Below are positions 41,192 through 51,001 of a stretch of DNA of 51,141 nt, piece after piece (within the stretch, counting starts at the first letter, position 1; each line of letters begins with the position of its first letter). The notes below the pieces were generated by a model. It was not told the origin of the DNA, made no database searches, and worked only from the letters and a program-made list of their open reading frames with translations. Both the position numbers and the translations under genes were made by a program. The stretch lies in the sequence record DRR723986_13746. One strand, written 5' to 3'.

Positions 41192-42058
41192 CTAAACCTT
41201 GAGTTTACTAAGGTATACTGCATTTTCTTCTGCTGCTTTTAGAGGTGTAGTACCTACAAATCTTTCTTGTTCCACTACAAAATACTCCATTCCATACTTC
41301 TTAGACTTCCTGATAATATCTGCATAAGGTATCTCGCCTGTTCCAAGAAGGACACCGCGGTCATGTGCATTTCCTCCCTCCGGCTCTGCATCTTTTACAT
41401 GGCAAAGTTTAAATCGCCCAGGGAACTTAGCTATGTATTCTAAAGGGTCATAACCAGCCACATGAGACCAATACATGTCCAATTCAAAATCAACTAATTC
41501 AGGATCAGTATTTTCCATCAAAATATCCTGAGGCAATTGTCCATCAAGCATCTTGAAGGTATAGTCGTGATTATGATAAGCGAATTTCAGCCCATGGCAT
41601 TGTAAGGTTTTGCCGGCCTTATTAAATCTTTCAGCGATATTTTTCCATTCATCTATCGATTTTTGAGCACCGATATATGGACAAATCAAGTATTTCATAC
41701 CAACTTCCGCAGCTTGTTCAGCCTGCGCATCAAGATTTTTAAAGACATCGGCGTGAGAAGAAATAAACTCAACATCTATATCACTCAACAAACTTTTGCA
41801 CTCCGCTGGCTGCATTCCCCAAAGGATTCCTTTCCCTCCATCAAAACCTTCAAATTGCTTATATCCAAACTGGGCAAGCTTGCGCATGGTGCCCGCTGCA
41901 TCATTTGCCATCTCTTCCTTCACAGAGTATAATTGAAGTCCAAATTTGGAAAGTTTGGCTCTATCCAGTGCACGCGCAGCGATATCATAAGGGAATAATA
42001 CTGCTCCAACACCAAGCATTCCGCCTATCTGAAGTAATTTTCTTCTTTGTTTATTCAT
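41192..42058 (-). CDS. Tat-exported sugar phosphate isomerase/epimerase-like TIM barrel (AP_endonuc_2)
   Basis: QRRKLL twin-arginine leader; GLQLYSV, AYHNHDYTF, FELDMYW, CHVKD, VVEQE. Confidence 0.85.
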   Translation of the reverse strand: MNKQRRKLLQIGGMLGVGAVLFPYDIAARALDRAKLSKFGLQLYSVKEEMANDAAGTMRKLAQFGYKQFEGFDGGKGILWGMQPAECKSLLSDIDVEFISSHADVFKNLDAQAEQAAEVGMKYLICPYIGAQKSIDEWKNIAERFNKAGKTLQCHGLKFAYHNHDYTFKMLDGQLPQDILMENTDPELVDFELDMYWSHVAGYDPLEYIAKFPGRFKLCHVKDAEPEGGNAHDRGVLLGTGEIPYADIIRKSKKYGMEYFVVEQERFVGTTPLKAAEENAVYLSKLKV

Positions 42059-42068
42059 AAAATAGGAA

Positions 42069-42093
42069 GGCCTGCCCTAAGTAAGAGCAGGCC
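42069..42093 (-). terminator. Intra-operon hairpin (weak terminator or mRNA stabiliser)
   Basis: Minus strand GGCCTGCTCT-TACTT-AGGGCAGGCC between 42113 and 42058, with a poor U tract. Confidence 0.45.
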
Positions 42094-42112
42094 ATTTATA
42101 TAGGTAAATTAA

Positions 42113-42673
42113 TTAAACTGCGTAGGCCTTATCTCCTTCGTTGTATGGAATACAAGGGTCAAATCGTCCCGGTACTTCTACGTAATTCAAAGCTTGAGTC
42201 GCTCCGATTTCAGAAGTAAAGTAGCCCAAAACCGTTAAGTCGCGGAGCATATTAATAACTTTAGGGCTTCGGTCTTCACCACTGGACTTGAACTCATCAT
42301 ACATTCCATTCAAGAATGCTAACCTTTCGGCTGCAGGTGCACCTACAAAGCTCTTTCCGTTTGCAGCTTTGAAATCTTTGCCGAGCTTGTTAACTCCATC
42401 TACAAAGTCCTTTTGGCTATCTCCATCGTAGGTATCTTTAACCATCATTACCATAAAAGAGCCAATTCCTACAGCTTTAGCTCCAGGAGTATTCGTCTCA
42501 GGAATAATAGTATCTCCTATCTCATCCAAGAAAGCAATGTCGTCTGGATCAAAGTCCAAGCCCTCTATTTGGTTCTCGGGAGTACAACCAGTCAACACCG
42601 CAGTAGCGCCAATCATTGTGCCTCCCATCATTACCATTACGCTTTTCAAAGCGTCTCTTCTATTCATAGTCAT
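42113..42673 (-). CDS. Gluconate 2-dehydrogenase subunit 3 family protein (Tat small subunit of a glycoside 3-dehydrogenase, LacC-like)
   Basis: MNRRDALK Tat signal; TIIPETNTPGAK, LTVLGYFTSEIGATQAL.Y..VPGRF; adjacent to the GMC gene. Confidence 0.87.
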   Translation of the reverse strand: MTMNRRDALKSVMVMMGGTMIGATAVLTGCTPENQIEGLDFDPDDIAFLDEIGDTIIPETNTPGAKAVGIGSFMVMMVKDTYDGDSQKDFVDGVNKLGKDFKAANGKSFVGAPAAERLAFLNGMYDEFKSSGEDRSPKVINMLRDLTVLGYFTSEIGATQALNYVEVPGRFDPCIPYNEGDKAYAV

Positions 42674-42690
42674 AGTCTTGTCTTTTACGA

Positions 42691-44370
42691 TTAGAGATTT
42701 TGCTTTTTCAATTCATCCACAGCAAAAGCTGCTGCTCTAGCAGTCAATGCCATGTAGGTAAGTGAAGGATTCACTGCTGCAGCTGAAGTCATACAAGCTC
42801 CATCAGTTACGAATACATTTTTCGCTTCCCACACTTGATTATTTCCATTCAACACTGAAGTTTTTGGATCTCGACCCATTCTTGCAGTTCCCATTTCGTG
42901 AATTCCTTGTCCAAAAGTGTATCCAGCATCGAATTCCCTGACATTTTTGAAACCAGCCACTTCAAGCATTTCAGCTGCATCAGCCATCATGTCTTTGCGC
43001 ATTTTGATTTCATTGTCCTTGATTTCAGCGTTCATCACCAAAGATTCCAGACCCCACTTATCCTTTACAGTGTCACTTAATTTGATAGTATTTTCATGAT
43101 ACGGCAAAATTTCTCCAAAAGCCGTAATTCCCATAGACCAAGGGCCTGGCTGCGTAAGCGCTTCTTTCATTGGTGCTCCAAAATTCAATTCGGCTACGTC
43201 TCGAGACCATCCGCTACGGCTAGCCCCTCCCTGATATCCAAAACCTCTTAGATAATCTCTTTTATCTCCATTTACATTTCGGAATCTAGGAATATAAAGA
43301 CCTGTTGGTCTTCGGCCAAAGTAATATTTATCTTCATAGCCATCCATAGAACCGTTAGCTCCCAATCGGAAATGGTGATCCATTACGTTGTGTCCTAGCT
43401 CCCCTGAGCTACTTCCCAATCCACCCGGCCAAACATCCGTTGCTGTACGCATTAGAATGGCTGTGGAGTTGAATGCTGATGCGCAAAGGAAAACGATCTT
43501 CGCATCGAACTCGATCGTTTCGTTGGTTTGACCATCAATTACTTCTACGCCTGTGGCCTTCTTGGTATCTTTGTCATAGATCAATCTTCTCACGATGGAC
43601 CAAGGACGTAGCGTAAGATTACCGGTCGCTCTAGCTGCTGGTAATGTAGAGGCTTGCGTGCTAAAATATCCTCCAAATGGACATCCTAATGAACATTTAT
43701 TTCTATACTGACAGCCTGGTCTCCCTGGAAGGGGCTGGGTAATATTAGCTGGTCGACCGATAGTCCATGTTCTAGCTCCCTTGTAATGATCTTTGATTTT
43801 TGCTGCTGCGTCTTTCTCCACACAATTCATCGGCATAGGAGGCATAAACTCGCCATCTGGCAAGACGTCTAATCCATCTTTTGAACCGGAAACACCTGCA
43901 AACTTCTCCACATAGGAATACCAAGGCGCAATGTCTTTGTAACGAATCGGCCAGTCAACAGCAACACCTTCCTTCGCATTTCCTTCAAAATCAAGGTCTG
44001 ACCATCGATACGATTGCCTTCCCCAAAGAAGTGATCGACCTCCTACTTGATACCCTCTAAACCATGTGAAAGGTTTTTCCTCTACATAAGGAGAGTCATC
44101 TTCATGAGCCCACCAGTCAAGATTGAGTTCATTTAGCACATAATCTCTCCTCAAATTGGGATGATTCTCTAGCTGCTCCTGGGTTCTTCTGCCACGGTGC
44201 GGGACTTCCCAAGGAGGTAGAGTCGCAGTCTTATAATCGGTCACATGTTCTACATCCGGCCCTCTTTCGAGAAGTAAAACTTTCAGTCCCTTCTCTGTTA
44301 ATTCTTTAGCAGCCCAACCGCCACTTATTCCTGACCCAACTACTATTGCGTCATATGTTTCATTTGCCAT
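42691..44370 (-). CDS. GMC family FAD oxidoreductase (glucoside 3-dehydrogenase catalytic subunit, LacA-like)
   Basis: VVGSGISGGWAAKEL, GGRSLLWGRQ, CQYRNKCSLGCP Fe-S cysteine motif, HEMGTARMG, NPSLTYMA. Confidence 0.9.
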   Translation of the reverse strand: MANETYDAIVVGSGISGGWAAKELTEKGLKVLLLERGPDVEHVTDYKTATLPPWEVPHRGRRTQEQLENHPNLRRDYVLNELNLDWWAHEDDSPYVEEKPFTWFRGYQVGGRSLLWGRQSYRWSDLDFEGNAKEGVAVDWPIRYKDIAPWYSYVEKFAGVSGSKDGLDVLPDGEFMPPMPMNCVEKDAAAKIKDHYKGARTWTIGRPANITQPLPGRPGCQYRNKCSLGCPFGGYFSTQASTLPAARATGNLTLRPWSIVRRLIYDKDTKKATGVEVIDGQTNETIEFDAKIVFLCASAFNSTAILMRTATDVWPGGLGSSSGELGHNVMDHHFRLGANGSMDGYEDKYYFGRRPTGLYIPRFRNVNGDKRDYLRGFGYQGGASRSGWSRDVAELNFGAPMKEALTQPGPWSMGITAFGEILPYHENTIKLSDTVKDKWGLESLVMNAEIKDNEIKMRKDMMADAAEMLEVAGFKNVREFDAGYTFGQGIHEMGTARMGRDPKTSVLNGNNQVWEAKNVFVTDGACMTSAAAVNPSLTYMALTARAAAFAVDELKKQNL

Positions 44371-44398
44371 AGGTATGGTTTCTTTTTGGTTAACTTAC

Positions 44399-45280
44399 TT
44401 AAACGTCACAGACCTCTACTGCTTGTCTCAGTGAGGCCATTTTATCTGCAGATTTTGGTATAAATTCATGGGACACATAGCCTTTGAAACCCGAATCTGC
44501 TATCGCTTTCATCACTGCCGGATAATAAATTTCCTGGGTATCATCTAGCTCATTTCGACCGGGGTTTCCTGCGGTATGGTAATGTCCGAAATATTGATGA
44601 TTATCATTAATACTTCTGATCAGGTCACCTTCATCGATTTGCATGTGGTAGATATCGTAAAGCAATTTAAAATTATCACTTCCCAATCGCTTACATAGCT
44701 CCACCCCAAAAGCAGATTTGTCACATAGGTAATCTTTGTGATTCACGCGGCTGTTCAGCAGCTCCATCTGAAGGATCACTCCATGTTTTTCTGCCAAAGG
44801 GATCAATTTCTCAAGCCCCAACTGGCAGTTTTTCAAGCCAGTCTCATCGTCCATTCCTCTCCGATTTCCGGAGAAGCAAATCAGGTTTTTATAACCTGCT
44901 TCTGCCACTTTAGGAATCATCTCTGTATAGTTTTTTATGAGTTGCTCGTGAAATTTCACTTCACCAAATCCATCATTCAAACCAAGTTCAGCGCCGTTGC
45001 ACATGGAGGAATCTATACCATGTTTCTTCAGAGTTGCCCAGTTATCAGGACCTATTAGATCTATTCCCTTGATACCGATTTTTTTTGCTTCTATGCATAA
45101 CTCTTCAATGGTGTAGTTTTCGCGAAAACACCAGTGGCAAACGCCGTGATTGATATTTCCTTTCAGCTGGTAAGGCTTTTCTTCCTTCATATCAAAAGAA
45201 GACAAAGTGCTGAATGCAGCGCCTCCAAGTAATACTTTTTTGAAAGATTCTCTTCTTCCATTATCTATAGGTTTGGTCAT
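44399..45280 (-). CDS. Hydroxypyruvate isomerase family TIM barrel with Tat-like leader
   Basis: GRRESFKK leader; ICFSGNR, MELLNSRVNHKDY, LLYDIYHMQI, HYHTAGNPGRNE, HEFIP. Confidence 0.85.
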   Translation of the reverse strand: MTKPIDNGRRESFKKVLLGGAAFSTLSSFDMKEEKPYQLKGNINHGVCHWCFRENYTIEELCIEAKKIGIKGIDLIGPDNWATLKKHGIDSSMCNGAELGLNDGFGEVKFHEQLIKNYTEMIPKVAEAGYKNLICFSGNRRGMDDETGLKNCQLGLEKLIPLAEKHGVILQMELLNSRVNHKDYLCDKSAFGVELCKRLGSDNFKLLYDIYHMQIDEGDLIRSINDNHQYFGHYHTAGNPGRNELDDTQEIYYPAVMKAIADSGFKGYVSHEFIPKSADKMASLRQAVEVCDV

Positions 45281-45288
45281 GAGGGGGA

Positions 45289-46515
45289 TTATTGTTGTGA
45301 ATTTATTTGTTCCTTTTTAAAAAGGGCTGTGAAAAGTAGCAAAACCAAAACAGAAATGCCAGCAGGAATTAACCAAATTGATTTCCAAAGATGGCCATCC
45401 GTATCATTTATAAAATAGTTTGAAATTAATCCTGCGGCCCAAAACCCTACTAACATTCCAATTCCGTAGGTAGCTAGTGTAATCAATCCTTGTGCAGAGG
45501 ACTTATATTTTTTGCCTGCATGGGAATCAGTATATATCTGGCCACTGACAAAAAAGAAATCATAACAAATCCCATGGAGTAAAATACCTAGTAATAGCAT
45601 CCACACACCTTCATTTTCATCTCCAAAAGCGAAAAACACATAACGCAATGCCCAAGCTAGCATGGCGACCATCAACGTTTTTTTGAAACCAAACCTGGAA
45701 AAGAAAAACGGTAGCGCCAACATAAAAACTACTTCTGACACTTGGCCCATTGCCATTTTTCCTGTAGAATTCTCCATTCCTATCTCAGTTAGAAATGGAC
45801 TGGTATTTTGATAATAAAAAGCCAAAGGGATGCAAATCAGAATCGACGAAATAAAAAAAATCGCATAATTCTTATCCTTCAATAACCCTAATGCTTCGAG
45901 GCCAAGTGCTTCGGAAAGCTTGAAATCTCCCTTGGCTTTGGCCTGAGGAGGAGTGTGCGGGAGCACAAAACTAAAAAGACCTAAGCCCAAAGAGCTAACC
46001 GCCGCCATCAGCCAGGTATTTCTCAACAGCCCCTCTTTTAATCCTTGCTGACTGTCCCATGACATAAAACTGATCAAAAACCCTGCAGTAATCCAACCTA
46101 TAGTACCCCAAACCCGGATTCCTGAAAATTCCTTGGCAGGATCTTTCATTTGGTTAAAAGAGATCGAATTCACCAATGCAAGCGTAGGCATAAAGAGAAT
46201 CATATAGATAAAAAGGAGCGGAAAAAACCCTGAGAAATCTTTGGAAGAATAAAGTAAATACATCAGGCCAGCTCCCAGAAGATGAATGACACCTAGAATT
46301 TTCTGCGCATGAAAATATCGGTCGGCAATGAGACCTACTACAAATGGGGCAATAATAGCTCCAAACGATTGGGTAGAAAAAGCCAGCGAGATATCTTGAT
46401 CTTTAGCCATCAAATTGGTACCCAGGAAAGTCCCCATCGTCACAAACCAGGAGCTCCAAATAAAAAACTCCAAAAACATCATAAGAGAGAGACGGAGCCT
46501 GGTATTGATGTTCAT
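45289..46515 (-). CDS. MFS transporter, nucleoside:H+ symporter (NupG/XapB-like) family
   Basis: LSLMMFLEFFIW, GLIADRYF, MPTLAL, IRVWGTIGWI, GQVSE, HGICYDFFFV; about 12 TM segments. Confidence 0.88.
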   Translation of the reverse strand: MNINTRLRLSLMMFLEFFIWSSWFVTMGTFLGTNLMAKDQDISLAFSTQSFGAIIAPFVVGLIADRYFHAQKILGVIHLLGAGLMYLLYSSKDFSGFFPLLFIYMILFMPTLALVNSISFNQMKDPAKEFSGIRVWGTIGWITAGFLISFMSWDSQQGLKEGLLRNTWLMAAVSSLGLGLFSFVLPHTPPQAKAKGDFKLSEALGLEALGLLKDKNYAIFFISSILICIPLAFYYQNTSPFLTEIGMENSTGKMAMGQVSEVVFMLALPFFFSRFGFKKTLMVAMLAWALRYVFFAFGDENEGVWMLLLGILLHGICYDFFFVSGQIYTDSHAGKKYKSSAQGLITLATYGIGMLVGFWAAGLISNYFINDTDGHLWKSIWLIPAGISVLVLLLFTALFKKEQINSQQ

Positions 46516-46767
46516 AGATTTTAATTCGAATAAGGAAATGGATAACTTTTAGCACTTTGCTAATGTTTAATGTTTGGCCTTTTTGAAGTATTTTAGGCAT
46601 TTCTAAACGACTCTCTGAGGCTAAAACTCTTGATTCGTACGAAGCCATTTATACCCTAATGGAGCAATTGATCAATTATTCCATCATTTCAGGTGAATAC
46701 CGAAGGTTTTTTCACTCAGAATCAATTATTTCAAGCATTTAAACCTGAATATAAAGTCTTTTTCCTT

Positions 46768-47937
46768 ATGTCATCCTCACAAAAACTAAAACTCGGACTT
46801 ATCGGTGGCGGTCCAGGATCTTTTATAGGAGCCATCCATTTGAATGGTGCGTTGATGGACGGAATGTTCGAGCTGGTCGCTGGAGCATTCAGTTCTAACC
46901 CTGAGAAATCTAAACAGCGCGGCGAAGAACTTATGCTAGATCCTGCTAGGGTTTATGCCAGTTACGACGAGATGTTTGCTGGTGAACTAGCACTCCCAGA
47001 ATCAGAACGCATCGATGTCGTCGCCATCGTCACTCCGAACAACGTGCATTTTGACCCAACCGTAAAAGCGCTCAAACATGGCTTCCATGTAGCTTTAGAT
47101 AAGCCACTGACCTTGAATTACCAGGAAGCCAAAGAACTTTATCACATTGTAAAAGCTTCCGACAAACGATTTTTACTAACCCACACCTATTCTGGCTATC
47201 CGATGATCAAGCAAGCCAAGCAGATGATCGCAGAAGGGAAAATCGGGAAGGTAAGAAAAGTGTATGTGGAATATCCGCAAGGATGGCTTTGGAAACTACT
47301 CGAATCGGAGAACAACAAACAAGCAGAATGGCGTACAGACCCTAAAAGAAATGGAATGGCCGGCTGCATGGGGGATATTGGCACACATGCTTTCCATTTG
47401 TCTGAGTATGTTTCTGGAGAAAAAGTGGCCTCAATCTGTGCCGATTTATACATCAAAGTGGATGGCAGACCTATCGATGATGATGGTGTAGTTTTGATGC
47501 GTTTTGAAAATGGGGCATCAGGAGTGCTTACCGCTTCGCAAACCGATACTGGTGCTGAAAACAATTTAAGGATACGCGTATATGGAGAGAAAGGTGGCTT
47601 GGAATGGCAGCAGGAGTTAAATAACACACTGATTGCTAGATGGCCAGATGCTCCAGCTCAAGTTTTGAGAGCAGGCACCGGCTATTTAGGGTCCTTGGCA
47701 AACGAAAATACCAGAACCCCGGCTGGCCACCCTGAAGGATATGTAGAAGCTTTCGCCAATTTGTATAGAAATTTTGCACGCTGTATCTATGCAGATCGAG
47801 CTGGCGAATCTCCAAAAGCAGAATGGGAAGATTATCCTGGCATAGAAGATGGAATCAGAGGAATGGCTTTTATCGATCATGTATTGAAAAGTAATGAGTC
47901 CGATATCAAATGGACTCCATTTGTAGTAGAAAAATAA
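46768..47937 (+). CDS. Gfo/Idh/MocA family NAD(P)-dependent oxidoreductase
   Basis: KLGLIGGGPGSFIG, IVTPNNVH, DKPL, YPQGWL, GDIGTHA, GHPEGY. ATG 46768 (MSSSQKLKLG) is preferred over the upstream GTG at 46693. Confidence 0.88.
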   Translation: MSSSQKLKLGLIGGGPGSFIGAIHLNGALMDGMFELVAGAFSSNPEKSKQRGEELMLDPARVYASYDEMFAGELALPESERIDVVAIVTPNNVHFDPTVKALKHGFHVALDKPLTLNYQEAKELYHIVKASDKRFLLTHTYSGYPMIKQAKQMIAEGKIGKVRKVYVEYPQGWLWKLLESENNKQAEWRTDPKRNGMAGCMGDIGTHAFHLSEYVSGEKVASICADLYIKVDGRPIDDDGVVLMRFENGASGVLTASQTDTGAENNLRIRVYGEKGGLEWQQELNNTLIARWPDAPAQVLRAGTGYLGSLANENTRTPAGHPEGYVEAFANLYRNFARCIYADRAGESPKAEWEDYPGIEDGIRGMAFIDHVLKSNESDIKWTPFVVEK

Positions 47938-47969
47938 ATTCTTGAACCTAATATTTTAACCTAAAAAAA

Positions 47970-49025
47970 ATGAAGACAATTAAAGGCCCTGCGATTTTTC
48001 TCGCACAATTTATTGACGACAAAGAACCATTCAATAACCTGAAGAACATCTGTAATTACATGGCCGACCTCGGCTATGCTGGCGTTCAGATTCCTTCTTG
48101 GGATGGCAGAATGATGGATTTACAAAAAGCCGCTGAAAGCAAAACCTATGCAGACGAAATCAAAGGTACCGTAGAAGAAGCTGGCTTGCAGATCACAGAG
48201 CTTTCCACGCACCTTCAGGGGCAATTGGTAGCAGTACATCCTGCATACAATGAATTATTTGACGGTTTTGCTCCTGACAATCTGAAAGGAAATCTACAGG
48301 GAAAAACAGATTGGGCTGTGCAGCAGTTGAAATATGCGGCAAAAGCATCCGAAAATATGGGACTGACCCAGCATGCTACGTTTTCAGGAGCATTGATGTG
48401 GCAGACAGTATATCCCTGGCCACAAAGACCAGCAGGTTTGGTAGACACCGGTTTTACCGAATTGGCCAAAAGATGGACTCCTATACTTGACGAATTCGAC
48501 AAACATGGTGTAGATGTATGCTATGAACTTCACCCAGGGGAAGATTTGCATGATGGAGTAACATTTGAAATGTTTCTAGATAAAGTCAATAATCATAAGC
48601 GCGCAAATATCCTTTATGACCCAAGTCATTTTGTATTGCAATGCTTGGATTACCTGCAATTCATTGATTTTTACCATGAAAGAATCAAAATGTTCCATGT
48701 AAAAGATGCCGAATTTAACCCAACAGGTAAGCAAGGTGTCTATGGTGGATACCAAGGATGGGTAGAGCGGGCAGGCCGGTTCAGATCTTTAGGAGATGGA
48801 CAGGTTGATTTTAGCGGAATTTTTAGCAAACTTTCGCAGTACGATTATGATGGCTGGGCAGTTTTAGAATGGGAATGTGCCATCAAGCATCCAGAACAAG
48901 GAGCTGCGGAAGGCGCTCCATTCATCGCTTCACATATCATCAACGTAACAGAAAAAGCATTTGATGACTTTGCAGGCCGTGGAGCAGACGAAGAATTCAA
49001 CAAACGAATCTTAGGAATCAAATAA
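47970..49025 (+). CDS. Cytoplasmic sugar phosphate isomerase/epimerase (AP_endonuc_2 TIM barrel)
   Basis: KGPAIFLAQF, YELHPGEDLHDG, YDPSH, FHVKDAE, GRFRSLGDG, LEWEC. Confidence 0.87.
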   Translation: MKTIKGPAIFLAQFIDDKEPFNNLKNICNYMADLGYAGVQIPSWDGRMMDLQKAAESKTYADEIKGTVEEAGLQITELSTHLQGQLVAVHPAYNELFDGFAPDNLKGNLQGKTDWAVQQLKYAAKASENMGLTQHATFSGALMWQTVYPWPQRPAGLVDTGFTELAKRWTPILDEFDKHGVDVCYELHPGEDLHDGVTFEMFLDKVNNHKRANILYDPSHFVLQCLDYLQFIDFYHERIKMFHVKDAEFNPTGKQGVYGGYQGWVERAGRFRSLGDGQVDFSGIFSKLSQYDYDGWAVLEWECAIKHPEQGAAEGAPFIASHIINVTEKAFDDFAGRGADEEFNKRILGIK

Positions 49026-49046
49026 CTCAATTTTAATATCCAACTA

Positions 49047-49478
49047 ATGAAAATCACAAAACCTATAAATCTTGTCTTAGTAGCTCTGGCAGGATTTACA
49101 TTCGCCTGTGGCGGAGGAGAAAAAACATCTGAAACCACGTCAACTGCAGAAGTAGAAGCTCCTGAAGCTGCTCCTGAAGTAGAAATGAGCTTGGAAGAAA
49201 AATACCAAGACGATCCCATCTACATCAAAGGTTTAGCCAAATTGAAGACTTCAGACTGTACCTCATGCCATATGGTAGAGCGTAAAATCGTAGGACCTTC
49301 TTACGCCGATGTAGCCGCTAAATATGAAAACACTGAAGAGAACATCAATATGCTAGCAGAGAAAGTAATCGCTGGTGGCGTAGGTGTATGGGGAGAAATT
49401 CCAATGCCTCCACACCCAGCCTTGAGCATAGAGGATGCTAAGGATATGGTAGCATACGTTCTACTTTTGAAAAAATAA
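49047..49478 (+). CDS. Lipoprotein monoheme cytochrome c (c551/c552-like)
   Basis: Lipobox FAC; acidic linker; CTSCH heme motif, VGPSY, GVWGEIPMPPH (Met ligand). Confidence 0.92.
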   Translation: MKITKPINLVLVALAGFTFACGGGEKTSETTSTAEVEAPEAAPEVEMSLEEKYQDDPIYIKGLAKLKTSDCTSCHMVERKIVGPSYADVAAKYENTEENINMLAEKVIAGGVGVWGEIPMPPHPALSIEDAKDMVAYVLLLKK

Positions 49479-49479
49479 G

Positions 49480-50217
49480 ATGAAGAAAAACTATATCATC
49501 GTCGCAGCATTGGCAGTAATCCTATCTTCATGTTCCAGTGAAAAAACGGTCGAAACTGAGGTAGAAGAAATAACTGTTTCTGAATCTCCAGAAGAGGAAT
49601 GGGTCGATCTATTTGCAAACAACGACCTCTCCAACTGGCACAAATACAATGGAGAAGATGCCGGCAATGCTTGGAAAATTGAAAATGGTGAAGTCTATCT
49701 AGACGTAGCGAATATAGACAGAGAAGCGGGAGAAGGTGGAGATCTGGTAAGCAATGAGGAGTACGAGAATTTCCATTTGAAATACGATTGGAAAATCGCT
49801 CAGAATGGTAACAGTGGCCTTATATTCTATGTTCATGAAGCTCCTGAATATAAGAACACCTATAATACTGGCTTAGAAATGCAAATACTGGATAACAACG
49901 GCCATCCTGACGCTAAAATCGTCAGCCATAGGGCTGGAGATCTATATGATCTGATCGTAAGCAGTGAAGAGACCGTGAAGCCCTATGGTGAATGGAACTC
50001 AGCGGAGATCATCTCAAACAATGGTCAGCTGGAACTTATTCTAAATGGAACAACTGTGGTGAGCACCACACTATGGACCCCTGAATGGGAAGCTTTGGTC
50101 GCTGATAGCAAATTTAAAAACATGCCTAATTGGGGCACTTTCAAAAAAGGTAAAATAGCACTTCAAGACCATGGAGACTTGGTTCACTTCAAAAATGTGA
50201 TGATCAAAAAGCTATAA
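49480..50217 (+). CDS. DUF1080 (3-keto-disaccharide hydrolase) family lipoprotein
   Basis: Lipobox LSSC; GGDL, YENFHLKYDWK, GNSG, EMQILDN, GDLYD, GEWN, IALQDHG, FKNVMIKKL. Confidence 0.9.
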   Translation: MKKNYIIVAALAVILSSCSSEKTVETEVEEITVSESPEEEWVDLFANNDLSNWHKYNGEDAGNAWKIENGEVYLDVANIDREAGEGGDLVSNEEYENFHLKYDWKIAQNGNSGLIFYVHEAPEYKNTYNTGLEMQILDNNGHPDAKIVSHRAGDLYDLIVSSEETVKPYGEWNSAEIISNNGQLELILNGTTVVSTTLWTPEWEALVADSKFKNMPNWGTFKKGKIALQDHGDLVHFKNVMIKKL

Positions 50218-50220
50218 AGT

Positions 50221-50247
50221 AAAAAGCCTCCTATCGGAGGCTTTTTT
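50221..50247. terminator. Bidirectional terminator
   Basis: AAAAAGCCTCC-TATC-GGAGGCTTTTTT between convergent genes. Confidence 0.85.
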
Positions 50248-50251
50248 CATA

Positions 50252-50977
50252 TTACAATCTCGTAACATTCTCTTTTTTGATGTAGGCATGTTTGTCTTTC
50301 CATTCTACTTCATACCAGATATCCTTTGAAGATTTGATTCTCACACGATGTCCTGGCTCCACCATATCGACTAATTCTCCGCCCGCTGAAGGCTTAGAGA
50401 CAATAAAGGTAGGACTACTTGTAACAAGCCCTGTCCGAGGCCCATTTAGGAAATTATTAGCACCGAAGATCAGAATGATAAGTAAGATCGTTGGCCAAAA
50501 CGTTTGAGTTTTATCAGATTTTCTCCCTGTCACCCAACTTGTAACTATTGAAAAAACAAGAAATACCGCTAGCACTCCTACGATATAATCTTGGTATTCA
50601 GTAAGGAAAATCATAAACCTTTGACCATCGCTGACCTCATATCCAACCAAAGTACTTTGTCCAGTAAGACTTTTGATTTTAGATATGGCTTGAGGGTTTG
50701 GATCTAGGTCATAATATTTACTCAGGTAAAGAGTAGCTCGTTCGTTGTCACCAATTCCTTCGGCTATGAAGGCCATTTTCAACAACATTGCGGGTGAATA
50801 AATCCCGGATTGGAAGTTAGAATCGTAAATTTCCATCGCTTCCTTGTAGCTTCTGGAATTAAACAAAGAATCTGCTTTTTCCAGCGCAATTACATCTGCT
50901 TGACAATGAATACTTTGTAGAGATATCGATAAAAATATCAAAAGTTTTGTGAGAAAGATTGATTTCACGTTTGGCAT
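50252..50977 (-). CDS. TPR-like + two TM + C-terminal SH3b domain protein (BatE-like architecture)
   Basis: ADSLF...Y.EA helical N-domain, two hydrophobic segments, SKPSAGG...PGHRVRI...WYEVEW...YIKK SH3b-like tail. Confidence 0.72.
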   Translation of the reverse strand: MPNVKSIFLTKLLIFLSISLQSIHCQADVIALEKADSLFNSRSYKEAMEIYDSNFQSGIYSPAMLLKMAFIAEGIGDNERATLYLSKYYDLDPNPQAISKIKSLTGQSTLVGYEVSDGQRFMIFLTEYQDYIVGVLAVFLVFSIVTSWVTGRKSDKTQTFWPTILLIILIFGANNFLNGPRTGLVTSSPTFIVSKPSAGGELVDMVEPGHRVRIKSSKDIWYEVEWKDKHAYIKKENVTRL

Positions 50978-51001
50978 TTAAAATTTGTCCCCTTATTTTT
51001 G
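50970..51001 (+). promoter_or_regulatory. Bacteroidota consensus promoter (-33 TTTG / -7 TAnnTTTG) probably driving the tRNA
   Basis: TTTG 50970-50973, 20 nt spacer, TATTTTTG 50994-51001. Confidence 0.65.

Noticed and set aside
46693-46767. N-terminal extension of the Gfo/Idh/MocA ORF
   Set aside because: It is not signal-like, and the Rossmann motif begins right after ATG 46768.
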